From: a virus
Lineage: Duplodnaviria; Caudoviricetes
Virus record (IMG/VR): IMGVR_UViG_3300010354_000116
Coordinates: 1 to 53,922 of that record
Strand: one strand, 5' to 3'
DNA: 53,922 bases
Made by a program: the position numbers and the translations under genes. The notes beneath the pieces are model-generated. The model saw only the letters and a program-made list of their open reading frames with translations, searched no databases and was not told the origin of the DNA. Shown one piece after another: positions 38,141-48,032 of this stretch (position 1 is the stretch's first letter; each line of letters starts with the position of its first letter).

Positions 38141-40994
38141 TCTCTGGCTCCGTCGGCAGCAAGTTGCTGACGTCTATAAACTCCGGGTTGTCGCAGTTAA
38201 GCACCAAGCACCGCACTCCCGCTGCTACCACACTCATGCCCTTGGACAATCGCTTGTTGTGAGTGTCCACCAGAATGCCTTTTTTCTTCAGCTCTTTCAG
38301 CGTCTCAGTGTAGTCCACTTGGTAAGTCACGCAGTCTTTGCGGAATGCCGAGACCGCTATGTACATCATCTTGGTGTCTGGCTCAAACCGCAGCAACAAC
38401 TCGCCTCGTGGTTCTACATAGGGGGCTTTTGGTAAATGACTGCGCTTGTCCACAAGCTCGTCAACGACGAGCACATTGTTGATATGGCGGTACACGTAGT
38501 CTGCAATTACTGCGCTGGCGTCGTTGACCGGGGCTTTGGTAGCGACGCGCAGTTCCTGAATCTTGTCCATGACCTTTGCGTAGATACGCGCCATATCCCA
38601 ATCCACAAGCAGACCCAGACGAGATGCGATAAGCCCTGCAGTGATGTTGACCGCTGCAATTGCAGACCAGTTACGCTCGCGGGACGTCAGTGCCAGTTCC
38701 TTGTCTATCTTTGCCTGCACGCGGATCAGTGTGGCTTTTACTTCTTCCATATTAGACAGCACGTACTGAACGAACGGCACGATGGCGTGACCGTGATTGT
38801 TGATCAGCTGGTGGTCGAACATAAACTTGCCGTGCTCGGTAGAGATGACGTCTTGGTCCGTGTAATCAACCTTGAACTCCAACAACCGCATGATTTCGCC
38901 GTCCGCCACCGCCTTGAGTGCGCCTACTTTGTCGTAGAAGGATGCGTTGGAAGATGTCAGGGTTAGCGTGCGCCATGTGGTGTTGTTAATGCGTAGCTTG
39001 TTCTCGTGGGCGTCGCCTTTGTCTTTGCCTTTACCCTGCGAGTACGCATACACAAGGTCTGAAAAAACTTTTGGTTCCAAGTTGGTTATCTCGTCGACGG
39101 TGTTGACGATGTTGTTCAGGATGCCAACCTTTGTGATCCGCGCTACCTTTGTATCTTCTACGTTACCCAGTAGGTCTTCGGGGTGTCCGCAGATGCTGTT
39201 TGCCATGCGTAACACAGTGGTCTTGCCTGTACCTGCGTGGCGGTGGATCAAGTTGATGATCGCCCCTTTCTGCCCAGTGAACTTGAGCAGGACGGAGCCA
39301 AACCCAGTCAACGCAGCAAATGCTTGTATCTCCATACCTTGTTTGCCATAGAGGGAGAACACTTCCTTCCACGCGTCCAACGTACCGGCGGTCTCGAAAT
39401 AGGGCACCAATGACTCCGTGATGGATGAGGGGGGGCTGTGGTAAACACCGTCCTTGGTAATTTCCCGACTGCCTACAATGAATTTAGTATCGTTGTCTGC
39501 CCAACCAAACTGTCTGCGCATAATCTCTGCCTTCCTCTTAAACTGCAGCTCTTTCAGAGCGTGTATTACGTAACCGTTTATTAGTTTGAACTGGGCGTCC
39601 GACACCATGATGCCGTACTTAGCCAGCTCCTTACGCAGCTCTACTGCCTGCGAAATCTTGGTGTTTGGGATGCTGAACTCCCGTACTCCATCTCGTGGCG
39701 TGTGCACACGGAACAACACAACATCGCCCATCAGAGGGTCGTTGAGTCTTTTGATCAGGTAGAAGTCGTGCTCGTACACAAGTCTCGGGTCATCCTCGCC
39801 AAGCTGGATGTACAAGCCACCGTTCTTCCCACGAAAGTACGGCTCTGTGTAGTGGGGTGATGGGGCGAGCTCTTCAACGTCGTCTTCTGGCTCCTCGACT
39901 TCTTCTGGTTCTTGAGGCGCTTCTGCAGTTGGGATCGGGTCACCTTGCTCGTGTCGACGTATTTCTTTCCCGAGCAGGATGGGGCTTTTGATCTTGCCCA
40001 GATGGGGGCATCCTTTGCATGTTCCGGGGTTGTTGCGTTCAAACACGTCACACGTATGTGGCCCTACGATGTGCTCTATCTTCTTCTCTACGCTTGCGGG
40101 GTCGTAATCAGGGTGCCCTTCAGACATGCGCTGGATAGACTCATCTGCGTCGCTGCAGAACTTCGCCACTGACAACGCATCAAACCAACGGGGTTCGGCC
40201 AATGTCTCCCGTTCCATGTAGCAACTAAGCAGTTGTGCGCAACCATCACCCTTGGCACTGCGTACCATTATCTTGGAGAAACTGCTTTCTATGTTCTCTT
40301 GCAGCATCTTGCCCAACGACGACACGCGGCGGGCACCTCTGAGTACAGGCTGCACCTCGGGGTCTACACCCAACACCTTGCAGAACGACTCGAAGCTTAC
40401 TGGCTCAGAGACCTTGAGCACTTTGACTATCTTGGGAGGGTTGTCTTTGAAATTCGGCGTGCCCGGTATACGTAGTACGCGAGCGGTCTCAAACACATTG
40501 GCGTCTACATACAGTTGTTGCGTGGCGCATACGTCACGAAGCCGTGCTGCTACCACGGTCCACTTATCTGGTGATATGGGCGCATCCAGCACCCAGTACA
40601 CGTGCAACCCACGCCCGGAGTTGACAACGGTGGGTATAGGAAGACCGACGGTATCGCAGAATTGCAGTAGTGTTTTTAGCCCTGCCCCTTGGTCTATGTA
40701 ACCAAAAGGTTTGCCTGTTTCGGGGTTTATTTCCGCTTTGGTGGGGCCGCAGTCAATATCTAACCAGAACGCCTTGAGAGTGGCGACGTTCTCTTGTTTG
40801 CGATTGTCCGGCGTTTTGAACCGAGCAATAGCGAAGAATGCGTTGCGTCCAGCTTTTACGAAGCTATCTGCAACGGAGTAAGCCTCCTCGTACGTAGCAA
40901 CGAGGCGTTGTTTTGGGTAATCGTCTGAAAGCCCTAGTACGCATATGTACCCTTCCTCGGGCTGCACGTAACGAAGCAGGTCAAAGTTTTCCAT
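38109..40994 (-). CDS. primase fused to DUF927/P-loop helicase-like domain
   Basis: WLDID, SGRGLHVYW and RVLRIPGTPNFK primase motifs; Cys cluster; FGWAD and Walker A AGTGKTT followed by DE. Confidence 0.85.
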   Translation of the reverse strand: MENFDLLRYVQPEEGYICVLGLSDDYPKQRLVATYEEAYSVADSFVKAGRNAFFAIARFKTPDNRKQENVATLKAFWLDIDCGPTKAEINPETGKPFGYIDQGAGLKTLLQFCDTVGLPIPTVVNSGRGLHVYWVLDAPISPDKWTVVAARLRDVCATQQLYVDANVFETARVLRIPGTPNFKDNPPKIVKVLKVSEPVSFESFCKVLGVDPEVQPVLRGARRVSSLGKMLQENIESSFSKIMVRSAKGDGCAQLLSCYMERETLAEPRWFDALSVAKFCSDADESIQRMSEGHPDYDPASVEKKIEHIVGPHTCDVFERNNPGTCKGCPHLGKIKSPILLGKEIRRHEQGDPIPTAEAPQEPEEVEEPEDDVEELAPSPHYTEPYFRGKNGGLYIQLGEDDPRLVYEHDFYLIKRLNDPLMGDVVLFRVHTPRDGVREFSIPNTKISQAVELRKELAKYGIMVSDAQFKLINGYVIHALKELQFKRKAEIMRRQFGWADNDTKFIVGSREITKDGVYHSPPSSITESLVPYFETAGTLDAWKEVFSLYGKQGMEIQAFAALTGFGSVLLKFTGQKGAIINLIHRHAGTGKTTVLRMANSICGHPEDLLGNVEDTKVARITKVGILNNIVNTVDEITNLEPKVFSDLVYAYSQGKGKDKGDAHENKLRINNTTWRTLTLTSSNASFYDKVGALKAVADGEIMRLLEFKVDYTDQDVISTEHGKFMFDHQLINNHGHAIVPFVQYVLSNMEEVKATLIRVQAKIDKELALTSRERNWSAIAAVNITAGLIASRLGLLVDWDMARIYAKVMDKIQELRVATKAPVNDASAVIADYVYRHINNVLVVDELVDKRSHLPKAPYVEPRGELLLRFEPDTKMMYIAVSAFRKDCVTYQVDYTETLKELKKKGILVDTHNKRLSKGMSVVAAGVRCLVLNCDNPEFIDVSNLLPTEPENAGGESSVRN

Positions 40995-40998
40995 AGGG

Positions 40999-41229
40999 TT
41001 ACCGCTGCAGACTGGCGATTAGCGCCTTTATACTTTCTTCCGTGCCTCTACGTGGCCTCGCCGCCCCAATGAACCAGCTATAGACAGTTTGTCTGCTAAC
41101 GCCGAGATGTTCGGCCACGGCTGCTACGGGCACATTGTTTTCAATGCACGTGCGGCCAAGCCGAACACCCAGCGAATCGCCAGCTGCTTTATTGAGATTC
41201 ACCAACCTCAACGAGTAACCGACGCTCAT
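40999..41229 (-). CDS. HTH transcriptional regulator (XRE/Cro-like)
   Basis: VAAVAEHLGVSRQTVYSWFIG. Confidence 0.85.
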   Translation of the reverse strand: MSVGYSLRLVNLNKAAGDSLGVRLGRTCIENNVPVAAVAEHLGVSRQTVYSWFIGAARPRRGTEESIKALIASLQR

Positions 41230-42164
41230 CAGCTTTTACGTCCCCATTCGCTAATGACTGACGCCAGTTGATCCTCTTCAGAATCGACGTCCTGCGGTTC
41301 TTCCTCGCGCTTACGCGTGCTGCGTTTAACCGGCTCGGCAATGACTTCTTCCTCGTCGTCCGGTTCTTCAGTGCGTTGCACGCGTGGCTTGGGTGCCGGA
41401 GCTTCTGCCTTCTTTGCAGCTGGCTTGGCAGTGACACCATCGACCTGCGCGACGGTGATACGCGTGTACAACTCAGTTTCCGGGCGGCCTTGTGCCGAAG
41501 CAACAAGATCGTATTCGGCGTCGCTGAGTTGCCGAGCTGGGGTAAAGGTTAGCTCCATACCTTCAGCGTCCAAGTCGTAGCTGATCTGCGTAACTACCGT
41601 GTCAGGAGCTTCTCGGTTGAGCAGTAGGTACTTCACATAGCTCTCGAACGGATGCACATTGCCTACACCCTTGCCGAACAGTGACTTTGCAGGGATGCTG
41701 AACTGGTACACGTCCCCTGAGTTGTCGCCTTCAAGCAGGATGGCAACTCGACGTTGGAAGCGGCATGCACGACCACCGTTGTCGCCGGAGCCTTTGATGT
41801 TTTGCGGGCACTCGGCACAGTTGCTGTGCTGTCTGTCAGGGACATCCGCATCGGGTACGTCTGCGTTGTTAGACCAGCAGTTCGGCAGTGTAGGCTCTGC
41901 TTCCGGGTCATACTTTTCGCGGTAGTAGATGCGGGACACACTGGGCAGCATGCCAACAATGATCGCGTTGAATGAATCACGGATCGGGTCTCCCACTTGC
42001 TCGCCGTTGATGATCTTGCGGAAGAAACCTTTGTTGTTGGTTTGTATGCGCCTGCTGTACATCTTGATGCTGTCAGCCAACTTCTGGCCCAACGCACTGG
42101 AACGTCGGCCATCGGAGGCAATGACTTGGCTTTGGTTTTTGAATATAGAAACGTCTTTACTCAT
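41229..42164 (-). CDS. putative ssDNA-binding protein
   Basis: CWS...CAECPQNIKGSG...RAC motif, acidic tail ending in EW, replication cluster. Confidence 0.6.
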   Translation of the reverse strand: MSKDVSIFKNQSQVIASDGRRSSALGQKLADSIKMYSRRIQTNNKGFFRKIINGEQVGDPIRDSFNAIIVGMLPSVSRIYYREKYDPEAEPTLPNCWSNNADVPDADVPDRQHSNCAECPQNIKGSGDNGGRACRFQRRVAILLEGDNSGDVYQFSIPAKSLFGKGVGNVHPFESYVKYLLLNREAPDTVVTQISYDLDAEGMELTFTPARQLSDAEYDLVASAQGRPETELYTRITVAQVDGVTAKPAAKKAEAPAPKPRVQRTEEPDDEEEVIAEPVKRSTRKREEEPQDVDSEEDQLASVISEWGRKS

Positions 42165-42172
42165 GGTATCTC

Positions 42173-42574
42173 CTATTTACCTGTTGGTTTTCGCACAGTG
42201 ATAACGTACTTCTGGTTTGCTTGCAGGCCCGGAGGGACGTCCTCGGGGTTTTCTGTCAGGAACTCTTTCATGTTGCCGTTGTGAATCCGTTTCTCCAGCA
42301 AGTGCATCGCGTCGTGTTTGCGTACAAACGAGTAAAAGCTGTCCCAGTCGCTCGTCCAGAAATGTTGCTGTAGACGGCGGCTGATGGTGCCATCGGGGGT
42401 GCTGATGGTGTTGGCGTCTTCCTCGTTGCACAAGGCAAGCAGGCGTTCAGACACAAGTTCCTTCTTGGCTTCGATCTCCTTGATCTTGTCTTCTAACTCT
42501 TGGATGGCGGTGCGCATCTGTATGTAGATACGCGCCAGTGTTGCTGCGTTAAGGTCACTTATTGCTTCGCTCAC
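42173..42574 (-). CDS. conserved phage replication-region protein
   Basis: WTSDWDSFYSFV...LLEKRI...PPGL; GTG start with AGGAG SD. Confidence 0.75.
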   Translation of the reverse strand: MSEAISDLNAATLARIYIQMRTAIQELEDKIKEIEAKKELVSERLLALCNEEDANTISTPDGTISRRLQQHFWTSDWDSFYSFVRKHDAMHLLEKRIHNGNMKEFLTENPEDVPPGLQANQKYVITVRKPTGK

Positions 42575-42604
42575 AGATGTCTCCTTTGTGTATCTGGGAG
42601 GATC

Positions 42605-42632
42605 AGTGTAGCAAGTAACTTAACAATGTCAA
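42605..42632 (-). promoter_or_regulatory. putative sigma70-type promoter
   Basis: TTGACA-16 nt-TACACT with extended -10 TG, about 30 nt upstream of the 42574 start. Confidence 0.65.
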
Positions 42633-44182
42633 GAAGTTATTTCTTGTTTGTACAGGTCAACTATTTTCTCGTGACTGCTGATGTTAGAGCGCAGTAAAGT
42701 GTAGAGCTTGGCTTCCATCTCACTGCCTCTGATGTGCACAATGGTCATCGGGTTGTGCTGTCCCGGTCGGTCGATGCGAGCATTTGCTTGCAAGTAGGTT
42801 TCTACGCTTGGCACTGGCGAGTACCAAACGATAGTGTTGGCCGCAGTTAGAGTCAACCCGTGCGATGCGGCTTGTGGTTGGATAATGAGCACATGGGGGT
42901 CTGGAACTGTTTGGAACCTGTGGATTATGTCTGCTCGCTTATTCACAGATACTTTGCCAGAAATTATGTCGCACGATATTTTGTGTTTGGTGAGGTATTC
43001 GTACAACAAGTCTATGGTGTGCGTGAAAGGCACGAAGACGAGTACTTTGTGCGAGGACTCCTCAATGACTTCCAACACTACCTGCAGTCTGTTACTTACG
43101 TCGAACTCGATCACTTCCCTTTCGTCGGTGTACACCGCACCACCGGATATTTGCAGTAGCTTGTTGAGGTTGGTCGCAGCGTTGACCGAGGTTACCTGCT
43201 CCCCGTCGGCATGGATGATCATCTGCTTCTTCAGCATCGTGTAGTACTTTTGTTGTTGTGCGGTAAGCGGTGCCTCTCTGTCTACGTGTGTAACTGGTGG
43301 TAGGTCTAGGCACTGGCTTTTTTCAAACCGAATCGCGGGCTGCAGTACTTGGTGGACTATCTTGTCTGCGTTGAGTGTTGGCCGCCAAATATACTGGCTG
43401 ATTTTACGCATTACTTTGTCGCGGAACTGTCCGAAGTATTTCGGGCATTGAGTGGGGTTTACCAGCCTAGCCAAACCAAACGCATCCAGTGGGGATTGTG
43501 CCGCAGGAGTACCTGTAAGCATCCAAAGCCATTTGGCCTGTGCAACTATTTCGTTGAGTACTTTCCACCGAGTTGTGCTTACATTCTTATAAGCAGACGC
43601 TTCGTCAACCACGATCATGTCGAAGCCGCCTTTTAAGATTTCTTCTTTGACGACACCCACCCCGTCGAAGTTGATTATGAGAAACTCCGTACCCGCATTG
43701 ATTATTTTCTTGCGTTGCGCAGACGTACCATAAGCCACCGCGCATCCACGGTGCATAGCAAACGTGAACAAGTCTTGCTGCCATGCGGACTTCATAATCG
43801 ACAACGGGCATATGACAAGCACGCGTTTGATCGCGCCGATACTTAGCAGGTAGTCCGCTGCCCATATGACGGATGCCGTCTTGCCGGTGCCTTGCTCGTT
43901 GAAGCAAAACGCCTTCTTGTGGAGAGTCAGGAACCCAGCGGTTTCTTTCTGGTGTGCGAACGGTTTGTATCTACCAGTCCAGTTGTAATCACGCTGTATC
44001 GTGGAGGGGACTTTTTTTAACCCCATCCCAGCAAGAATCTGAGCGTCCTCAAGCGTCCATTTCACGGCGAGGGTGAACATCCCGTCGTCTTCTTTTACTA
44101 CTTTGAATGTCGCAGACTTTTCTGCCAACAGGTGCGGTTTGCGTGTGCGCAGCACCAAGGCAACGTCGTTTACAATTTCCAT
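42629..44182 (-). CDS. SNF2-family helicase
   Basis: EQGTGKT, VVDEAS, LTGTP, HGLTLTAA and QANARIDRPGQ helicase motifs. Confidence 0.92.
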   Translation of the reverse strand: MEIVNDVALVLRTRKPHLLAEKSATFKVVKEDDGMFTLAVKWTLEDAQILAGMGLKKVPSTIQRDYNWTGRYKPFAHQKETAGFLTLHKKAFCFNEQGTGKTASVIWAADYLLSIGAIKRVLVICPLSIMKSAWQQDLFTFAMHRGCAVAYGTSAQRKKIINAGTEFLIINFDGVGVVKEEILKGGFDMIVVDEASAYKNVSTTRWKVLNEIVAQAKWLWMLTGTPAAQSPLDAFGLARLVNPTQCPKYFGQFRDKVMRKISQYIWRPTLNADKIVHQVLQPAIRFEKSQCLDLPPVTHVDREAPLTAQQQKYYTMLKKQMIIHADGEQVTSVNAATNLNKLLQISGGAVYTDEREVIEFDVSNRLQVVLEVIEESSHKVLVFVPFTHTIDLLYEYLTKHKISCDIISGKVSVNKRADIIHRFQTVPDPHVLIIQPQAASHGLTLTAANTIVWYSPVPSVETYLQANARIDRPGQHNPMTIVHIRGSEMEAKLYTLLRSNISSHEKIVDLYKQEITS

Positions 44183-44451
44183 TAAGAGCGTTTCCCTTTC
44201 ATAGCCCCTGTGCGCGTGCGTGGGTAGGAGTAGTTGTCCTTACCTTCCTTCACTGACAGGTTGTTTCTATCGTTACTGCCGCCTTTTGACAGCGGAGTTT
44301 TGTGGTTTGCATGTTTGCCGTCACCTTTGCGTAGCTTGCCCTCTTCCATCAACTGGCGACGGGCTGCGTTACGCTTGGCACGGTTTTTCTTTTGCTCTTG
44401 CGTACCTTGGTAGTTGTCGTACTCGGAGCGGTAGTTGCGGGTTTTAGCCAT
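44182..44451 (-). CDS. small HNH-like protein
   Basis: GDGKHANHKTPLSKGGSNDRNNL. Confidence 0.65.
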   Translation of the reverse strand: MAKTRNYRSEYDNYQGTQEQKKNRAKRNAARRQLMEEGKLRKGDGKHANHKTPLSKGGSNDRNNLSVKEGKDNYSYPRTRTGAMKGKRS

Positions 44452-44453
44452 GC

Positions 44454-45119
44454 TTAATCACCTCGATAATGTTCACACTTTTTGACGGGGCAATATGCGC
44501 ACAGGGGACCACTGACCGCATTCCACACGTTGTGCTGCTGTGCTACGGCAAGTCTTTCCAGCTGAGTATCAAACGTTGCGTAGTACGCTTTGTGGAACCG
44601 TCTCTCGTGGGTCTTTTGCACGAACTCTTTGCTCACCACAAACACCAACGCAGACTTGATGGTTTGTACTTGTGGGTAGTAAGTGAACAGCGCAGCGGCG
44701 CATATGTCCAGCTGTGTAGTGTCCGCATACTTCGCATTTTTGCTCGTTTTGTAGTCCACCAGATACGCAGTATCGCCATCTATGATAAGCAGGTCCGCGA
44801 TGCCGCGCCACCACACGTTCTTGGCGAAGAAAGTGGTCGGGGTGTATTCCTTGCCGTCGTAGGCGATTGCCAGACGTAGTTCGCAGTGTTTTTCCCCCGG
44901 TATGTCTCGTAGCGCATCCAGTATCGCCGTTATGTACGAGAAACGCTTGGGTAGGGGGGTAGCTTGTTTTACGTATTCTTCCGCAGCTTTATGTAGTTGG
45001 TTACCGTAGAGCGTTGCTTCACTACCTTCGTCGACAACATCTTTTGCGACTTTGAGGTGGTAGTATTTTTTTGCACACTGCTCGAATGTTTTTATGCTGC
45101 TGTAAGACCAAGCTGTCAT
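44454..45119 (-). CDS. Cas4/RecB-like PD-(D/E)xK exonuclease
   Basis: WSYSSIKTFEQC, GIADLL...VDYKT, QL, C-terminal CAYCPVKKC. Confidence 0.88.
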   Translation of the reverse strand: MTAWSYSSIKTFEQCAKKYYHLKVAKDVVDEGSEATLYGNQLHKAAEEYVKQATPLPKRFSYITAILDALRDIPGEKHCELRLAIAYDGKEYTPTTFFAKNVWWRGIADLLIIDGDTAYLVDYKTSKNAKYADTTQLDICAAALFTYYPQVQTIKSALVFVVSKEFVQKTHERRFHKAYYATFDTQLERLAVAQQHNVWNAVSGPLCAYCPVKKCEHYRGD

Positions 45120-45343
45120 TTAGGGGGCTTCCTTATGTCGTCTCCGAAGTTGTTGTGCTTCTCGATGCGCCTTCTGATTACAGACGCCGGTTGCACGTCT
45201 TCAGAGCATACACCCTGCGGTATCGTACGTATACTACCGCCGTTCTTCAGGAACTCGGCTACCTTTTCTTCCAACCACTCCCGTGTGTATTGGGGTTCTT
45301 CGTGCTTCTGATCTGAGTAAATTTTGTCGTCAATCCGACCCAT
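45116..45343 (-). CDS. hypothetical protein
   Basis: 75 aa; VAEFLKNGGSIRTIPQG; coupled to neighbours. Confidence 0.65.
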   Translation of the reverse strand: MGRIDDKIYSDQKHEEPQYTREWLEEKVAEFLKNGGSIRTIPQGVCSEDVQPASVIRRRIEKHNNFGDDIRKPPK

Positions 45344-45515
45344 GATCCGCCTCGTATTGTTGTTCTAAGACGTAAAGTTTGGCTACTTCAAAAAGCCCAA
45401 TCATCTGGATTACAGAAAGTTTCCCAGCATTGGCATCTATTAGTTTTTTGATATCCTCCATTGCTTCTGCTTCGCAGCGCAAAAGAACCGGATGTGGCAC
45501 TATATCTCCCATCAC
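45330..45515 (-). CDS. hypothetical protein
   Basis: 61 aa overlapping both neighbours. Confidence 0.6.
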   Translation of the reverse strand: MMGDIVPHPVLLRCEAEAMEDIKKLIDANAGKLSVIQMIGLFEVAKLYVLEQQYEADHGSD

Positions 45516-45916
45516 TCACCTCTGTAAAAAACGTGATTATCTATTCTCTTCGTGCGTTGTAGCTCTGCCGCCCACCACGGCTTTACTCTAGTTGCATGGT
45601 AGTGCGTAGCTCCCCCTGTTGGATCAGGCATAAAGCCAGCAGCGGTCAGCATCGTAATAGCAAGAGCTTTGGTGTAAGCCCAGTCATCGTATACGTCCTC
45701 TCTTTTGCCGTCACACATATACGAAAACTGGCACTGGTGACGGCGGTGTTCGTCTTGGTTTACAACACCGCACGCTGTGTCTGGATAGCGCCAACTGTTT
45801 ACCCTGTTATGCACTACCCAAGCGACAGCAACTTGACCTTCCAGCGGTTCGCCACGGGCCTCGAAGTAAATCGCGCTCGCAACGCAGAACAGGGCTGAAA
45901 TCAGGGCTGAAATCAT
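45512..45916 (-). CDS. cell wall hydrolase, SleB-like (Hydrolase_2)
   Basis: AIYFEARGEP..GQVAVA.VV.NRV, CQFS, DPTGGATHYHA, IDNHVFY. Confidence 0.9.
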   Translation of the reverse strand: MISALISALFCVASAIYFEARGEPLEGQVAVAWVVHNRVNSWRYPDTACGVVNQDEHRRHQCQFSYMCDGKREDVYDDWAYTKALAITMLTAAGFMPDPTGGATHYHATRVKPWWAAELQRTKRIDNHVFYRGE

Positions 45917-46092
45917 CGCTTGTCCTTCTTGGCTGCGCGGAAAATAAAATCAAACAGGCCCGGAGACATTTTCAGCGTTACGGGCATATCTGGGTCAGCG
46001 CATTCGCACGCTTGCACTTTTTCAAACGTATTTTCCTGCGGCTTGTACGGGACAAGGCACTTTTTGCATCTTACTGCGGTAGTGTTCGGCAT
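45913..46092 (-). CDS. small Cys-containing hypothetical protein
   Basis: CKKC...CEC; ATG at 46092 has a GGAG SD (track start 46119 is an alternative). Confidence 0.55.
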   Translation of the reverse strand: MPNTTAVRCKKCLVPYKPQENTFEKVQACECADPDMPVTLKMSPGLFDFIFRAAKKDKR

Positions 46093-46179
46093 TATGTGTT
46101 CTCCTTCAACCCAATCCATATTTTCTTCTCTGGGATGTTCTCCTTTTTGATCTCTCCGCTCATCTCATCAACCCAAACT

Positions 46180-46416
46180 TTAGTTATTTCCAAGCTCACT
46201 TTGTGCCTCCCATGCGCCGACAACCTCGGCAATTTTTGTTCTTGAATTGACCCCGACCCTGAACCCACGCACATAGGCCTCATTGACTAATTTCTCAAAG
46301 TACCGACGATCCGTCTCCGCGTCTACGCTTTTCGATTCGTCCCACCACCAGCCAGCGGCAAGCACGATCTCTTTGACCTGCTTCCTGTCCAGCTTTGTTA
46401 TGTCGATGAACATCAT
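46180..46416 (-). CDS. hypothetical protein
   Basis: 78 aa, GGAG SD, ATGA overlap. Confidence 0.6.
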   Translation of the reverse strand: MMFIDITKLDRKQVKEIVLAAGWWWDESKSVDAETDRRYFEKLVNEAYVRGFRVGVNSRTKIAEVVGAWEAQSELGNN

Positions 46417-46667
46417 CGCGGCTCCTTGTTGTCTTGCAATGCCACTGGAACGTAATACTCTCTGTCATGCCGCACTCTGTTAATTGGGCCGACCACCTTG
46501 CCGTCCGCGTGTGAGTGCGTGAGCATATCTTCCAGCAGTGCTGATACAGTCGTCAGTTGATACCGCATTTGCATCACTTCGTTATAAAGCGCGTAGACTT
46601 TCTCATCTGTGTTGCGCTCGCTCCAGTATTTTTCTCTTTGTGATAAACCTAGTTTTTCGATACTCAT
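46413..46667 (-). CDS. hypothetical protein
   Basis: 84 aa, ATGA overlaps at both ends. Confidence 0.6.
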   Translation of the reverse strand: MSIEKLGLSQREKYWSERNTDEKVYALYNEVMQMRYQLTTVSALLEDMLTHSHADGKVVGPINRVRHDREYYVPVALQDNKEPR

Positions 46668-46888
46668 TCTTCAACCCTCTCGTATGTTTGTTCAAAAATA
46701 TCCGGCTTGCATGGATAGTGTTCACCCTTAATCCCAGTGATGATCCAGTCGCCGGGGATGACGCGCATCAATCCTTCAAGGGTCGGCACAAATCCTTCTC
46801 TGGGGTCGTGCCACTCAACGGCGGGGTGGTCGCCGTGTTTAAACCACTGCGTTGCCTCAATGACCACGGGCTTCTTTCGATATTTCAT
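46664..46888 (-). CDS. PGDYG-like phage protein
   Basis: MKYRKKPVVIEATQW...TLEG...PGDWIITGIKGEHYPCKPDIFEQTYE; AGGAGG SD before ATG 46888. Confidence 0.85.
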   Translation of the reverse strand: MKYRKKPVVIEATQWFKHGDHPAVEWHDPREGFVPTLEGLMRVIPGDWIITGIKGEHYPCKPDIFEQTYERVEE

Positions 46889-47076
46889 TTGCTCGCCTCC
46901 TCTGGAATGGCCGTTACAACACACTGCTTATTGCGCGGCAGCGTTTTCTCGCACTCTGCTATGGCTGTCACCGCCAGTGATCTGTACGACCCGGGCATCA
47001 AATTCAGTAACATAAAGACGACTAGTGTAAGGATTACACCTAGACAGAACGCCAAATATATATCTCTATTGTTCAT
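46885..47076 (-). CDS. small membrane protein
   Basis: N-terminal hydrophobic helix; ECEKTLPRNKQC. Confidence 0.65.
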   Translation of the reverse strand: MNNRDIYLAFCLGVILTLVVFMLLNLMPGSYRSLAVTAIAECEKTLPRNKQCVVTAIPEEASK

Positions 47077-47079
47077 ATC

Positions 47080-47460
47080 TCACCTTGCCTTACTGCTATG
47101 TCGGCCACGGTGACCAGCTTTTCCAGTGCATCGATTGCCTGACGAGTCAACGTGGGGGCACCGACGAATAGCCTTCGGCACACCGGGTTTATGGCGTTCT
47201 TGCTCCTTCAAAACAGCCATTGCGATATACACAATCGCCCCCAGTGCTTCTTGCACGAACGCATCTCCCTCACGGGTGCTGGCCGCTTCTTCTAACTTCT
47301 TAGCTGCCTGCCCGGTCAAGAACCCCCGACCGTGCATCTTGCCGTAGTGTACCCACGGCTGCTCTAGGAACGGCGTGGTGTCGCCGCCATGTCTTTCGCC
47401 TTTGCCCTTGGTGGCCTGCTGTATCGCTTGGTCAAACACTTGTTGCAGTGGGTGTGTCAT
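47080..47460 (-). CDS. hypothetical phage protein
   Basis: QATKGKGERHG...FLEQP...GQAAKKLEEA...LGAIVY; AGGAG SD before ATG 47460. Confidence 0.75.
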   Translation of the reverse strand: MTHPLQQVFDQAIQQATKGKGERHGGDTTPFLEQPWVHYGKMHGRGFLTGQAAKKLEEAASTREGDAFVQEALGAIVYIAMAVLKEQERHKPGVPKAIRRCPHVDSSGNRCTGKAGHRGRHSSKAR

Positions 47461-47614
47461 CGTAGCTCCTTGGTTCTTGTTGGTTGCACAGTTCACATCC
47501 CGGATGATCAGGGTCTCGGCAGTCAGGGAACTGGTTTAATTTCTGCCTGTACCTTCTTCCGTGCCTCCATGCGGCGGCCTCGTCTTCTTCGTCTTGCTCA
47601 GTGTAAAAACTCAC
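47432..47614 (-). CDS. hypothetical protein
   Basis: 60 aa; PDCRDPDHPGCELC. Confidence 0.6.
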   Translation of the reverse strand: MSFYTEQDEEDEAAAWRHGRRYRQKLNQFPDCRDPDHPGCELCNQQEPRSYDDTPTATSV

Positions 47615-47801
47615 GATCCAGCTCCTCTACTTCCAATACAGCTATTGTGAATACCGTAATTGCGTCGGCCAGCACATACGTTGACGCTTCCGGGCAGTGA
47701 GCGCCGTACAAGTAGTAGTCATCTTCAGAGGTTTTCAATTCCTGCGCCGCAACCATAGCGGCGTCTTTTGTGTCGAATATCAACGGTGTCAGTCGTTTCA
47801 T
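47598..47801 (-). CDS. hypothetical protein
   Basis: 67 aa overlapping the next gene. Confidence 0.55.
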   Translation of the reverse strand: MKRLTPLIFDTKDAAMVAAQELKTSEDDYYLYGAHCPEASTYVLADAITVFTIAVLEVEELDREFLH

Positions 47802-47835
47802 GTCGGTTCCCGTATAAGTGTGCGTGATGGTGTCA

Positions 47836-48032
47836 TGCAGTTACTCCCCCCATTCAGAGCACTTGCACTAACCACCACGGCTAACCGTAGCGTGGCTTAC
47901 CCGACGTGCGCCCAAGTGTGGAAGGACTACCATGTAGACCGAGACTCGTAGCACGTTGCGGACGTTATTTGGCCGTACCGGGCCTGCCCACCATCCGCTG
48001 GGGCATCGGGGGAGGCACCACCCCCCACTGCA
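47836..48032 (-). ncRNA. candidate structured RNA downstream of polA
   Basis: Intergenic gap closed by TGCAGT/ACTGCA with several internal hairpins, judged by eye. Confidence 0.35.

Noticed and set aside
44454-45119. Cas4 as evidence of CRISPR-Cas
   Set aside because: Stand-alone Cas4-like nucleases are common in phage replication modules; no other cas genes.
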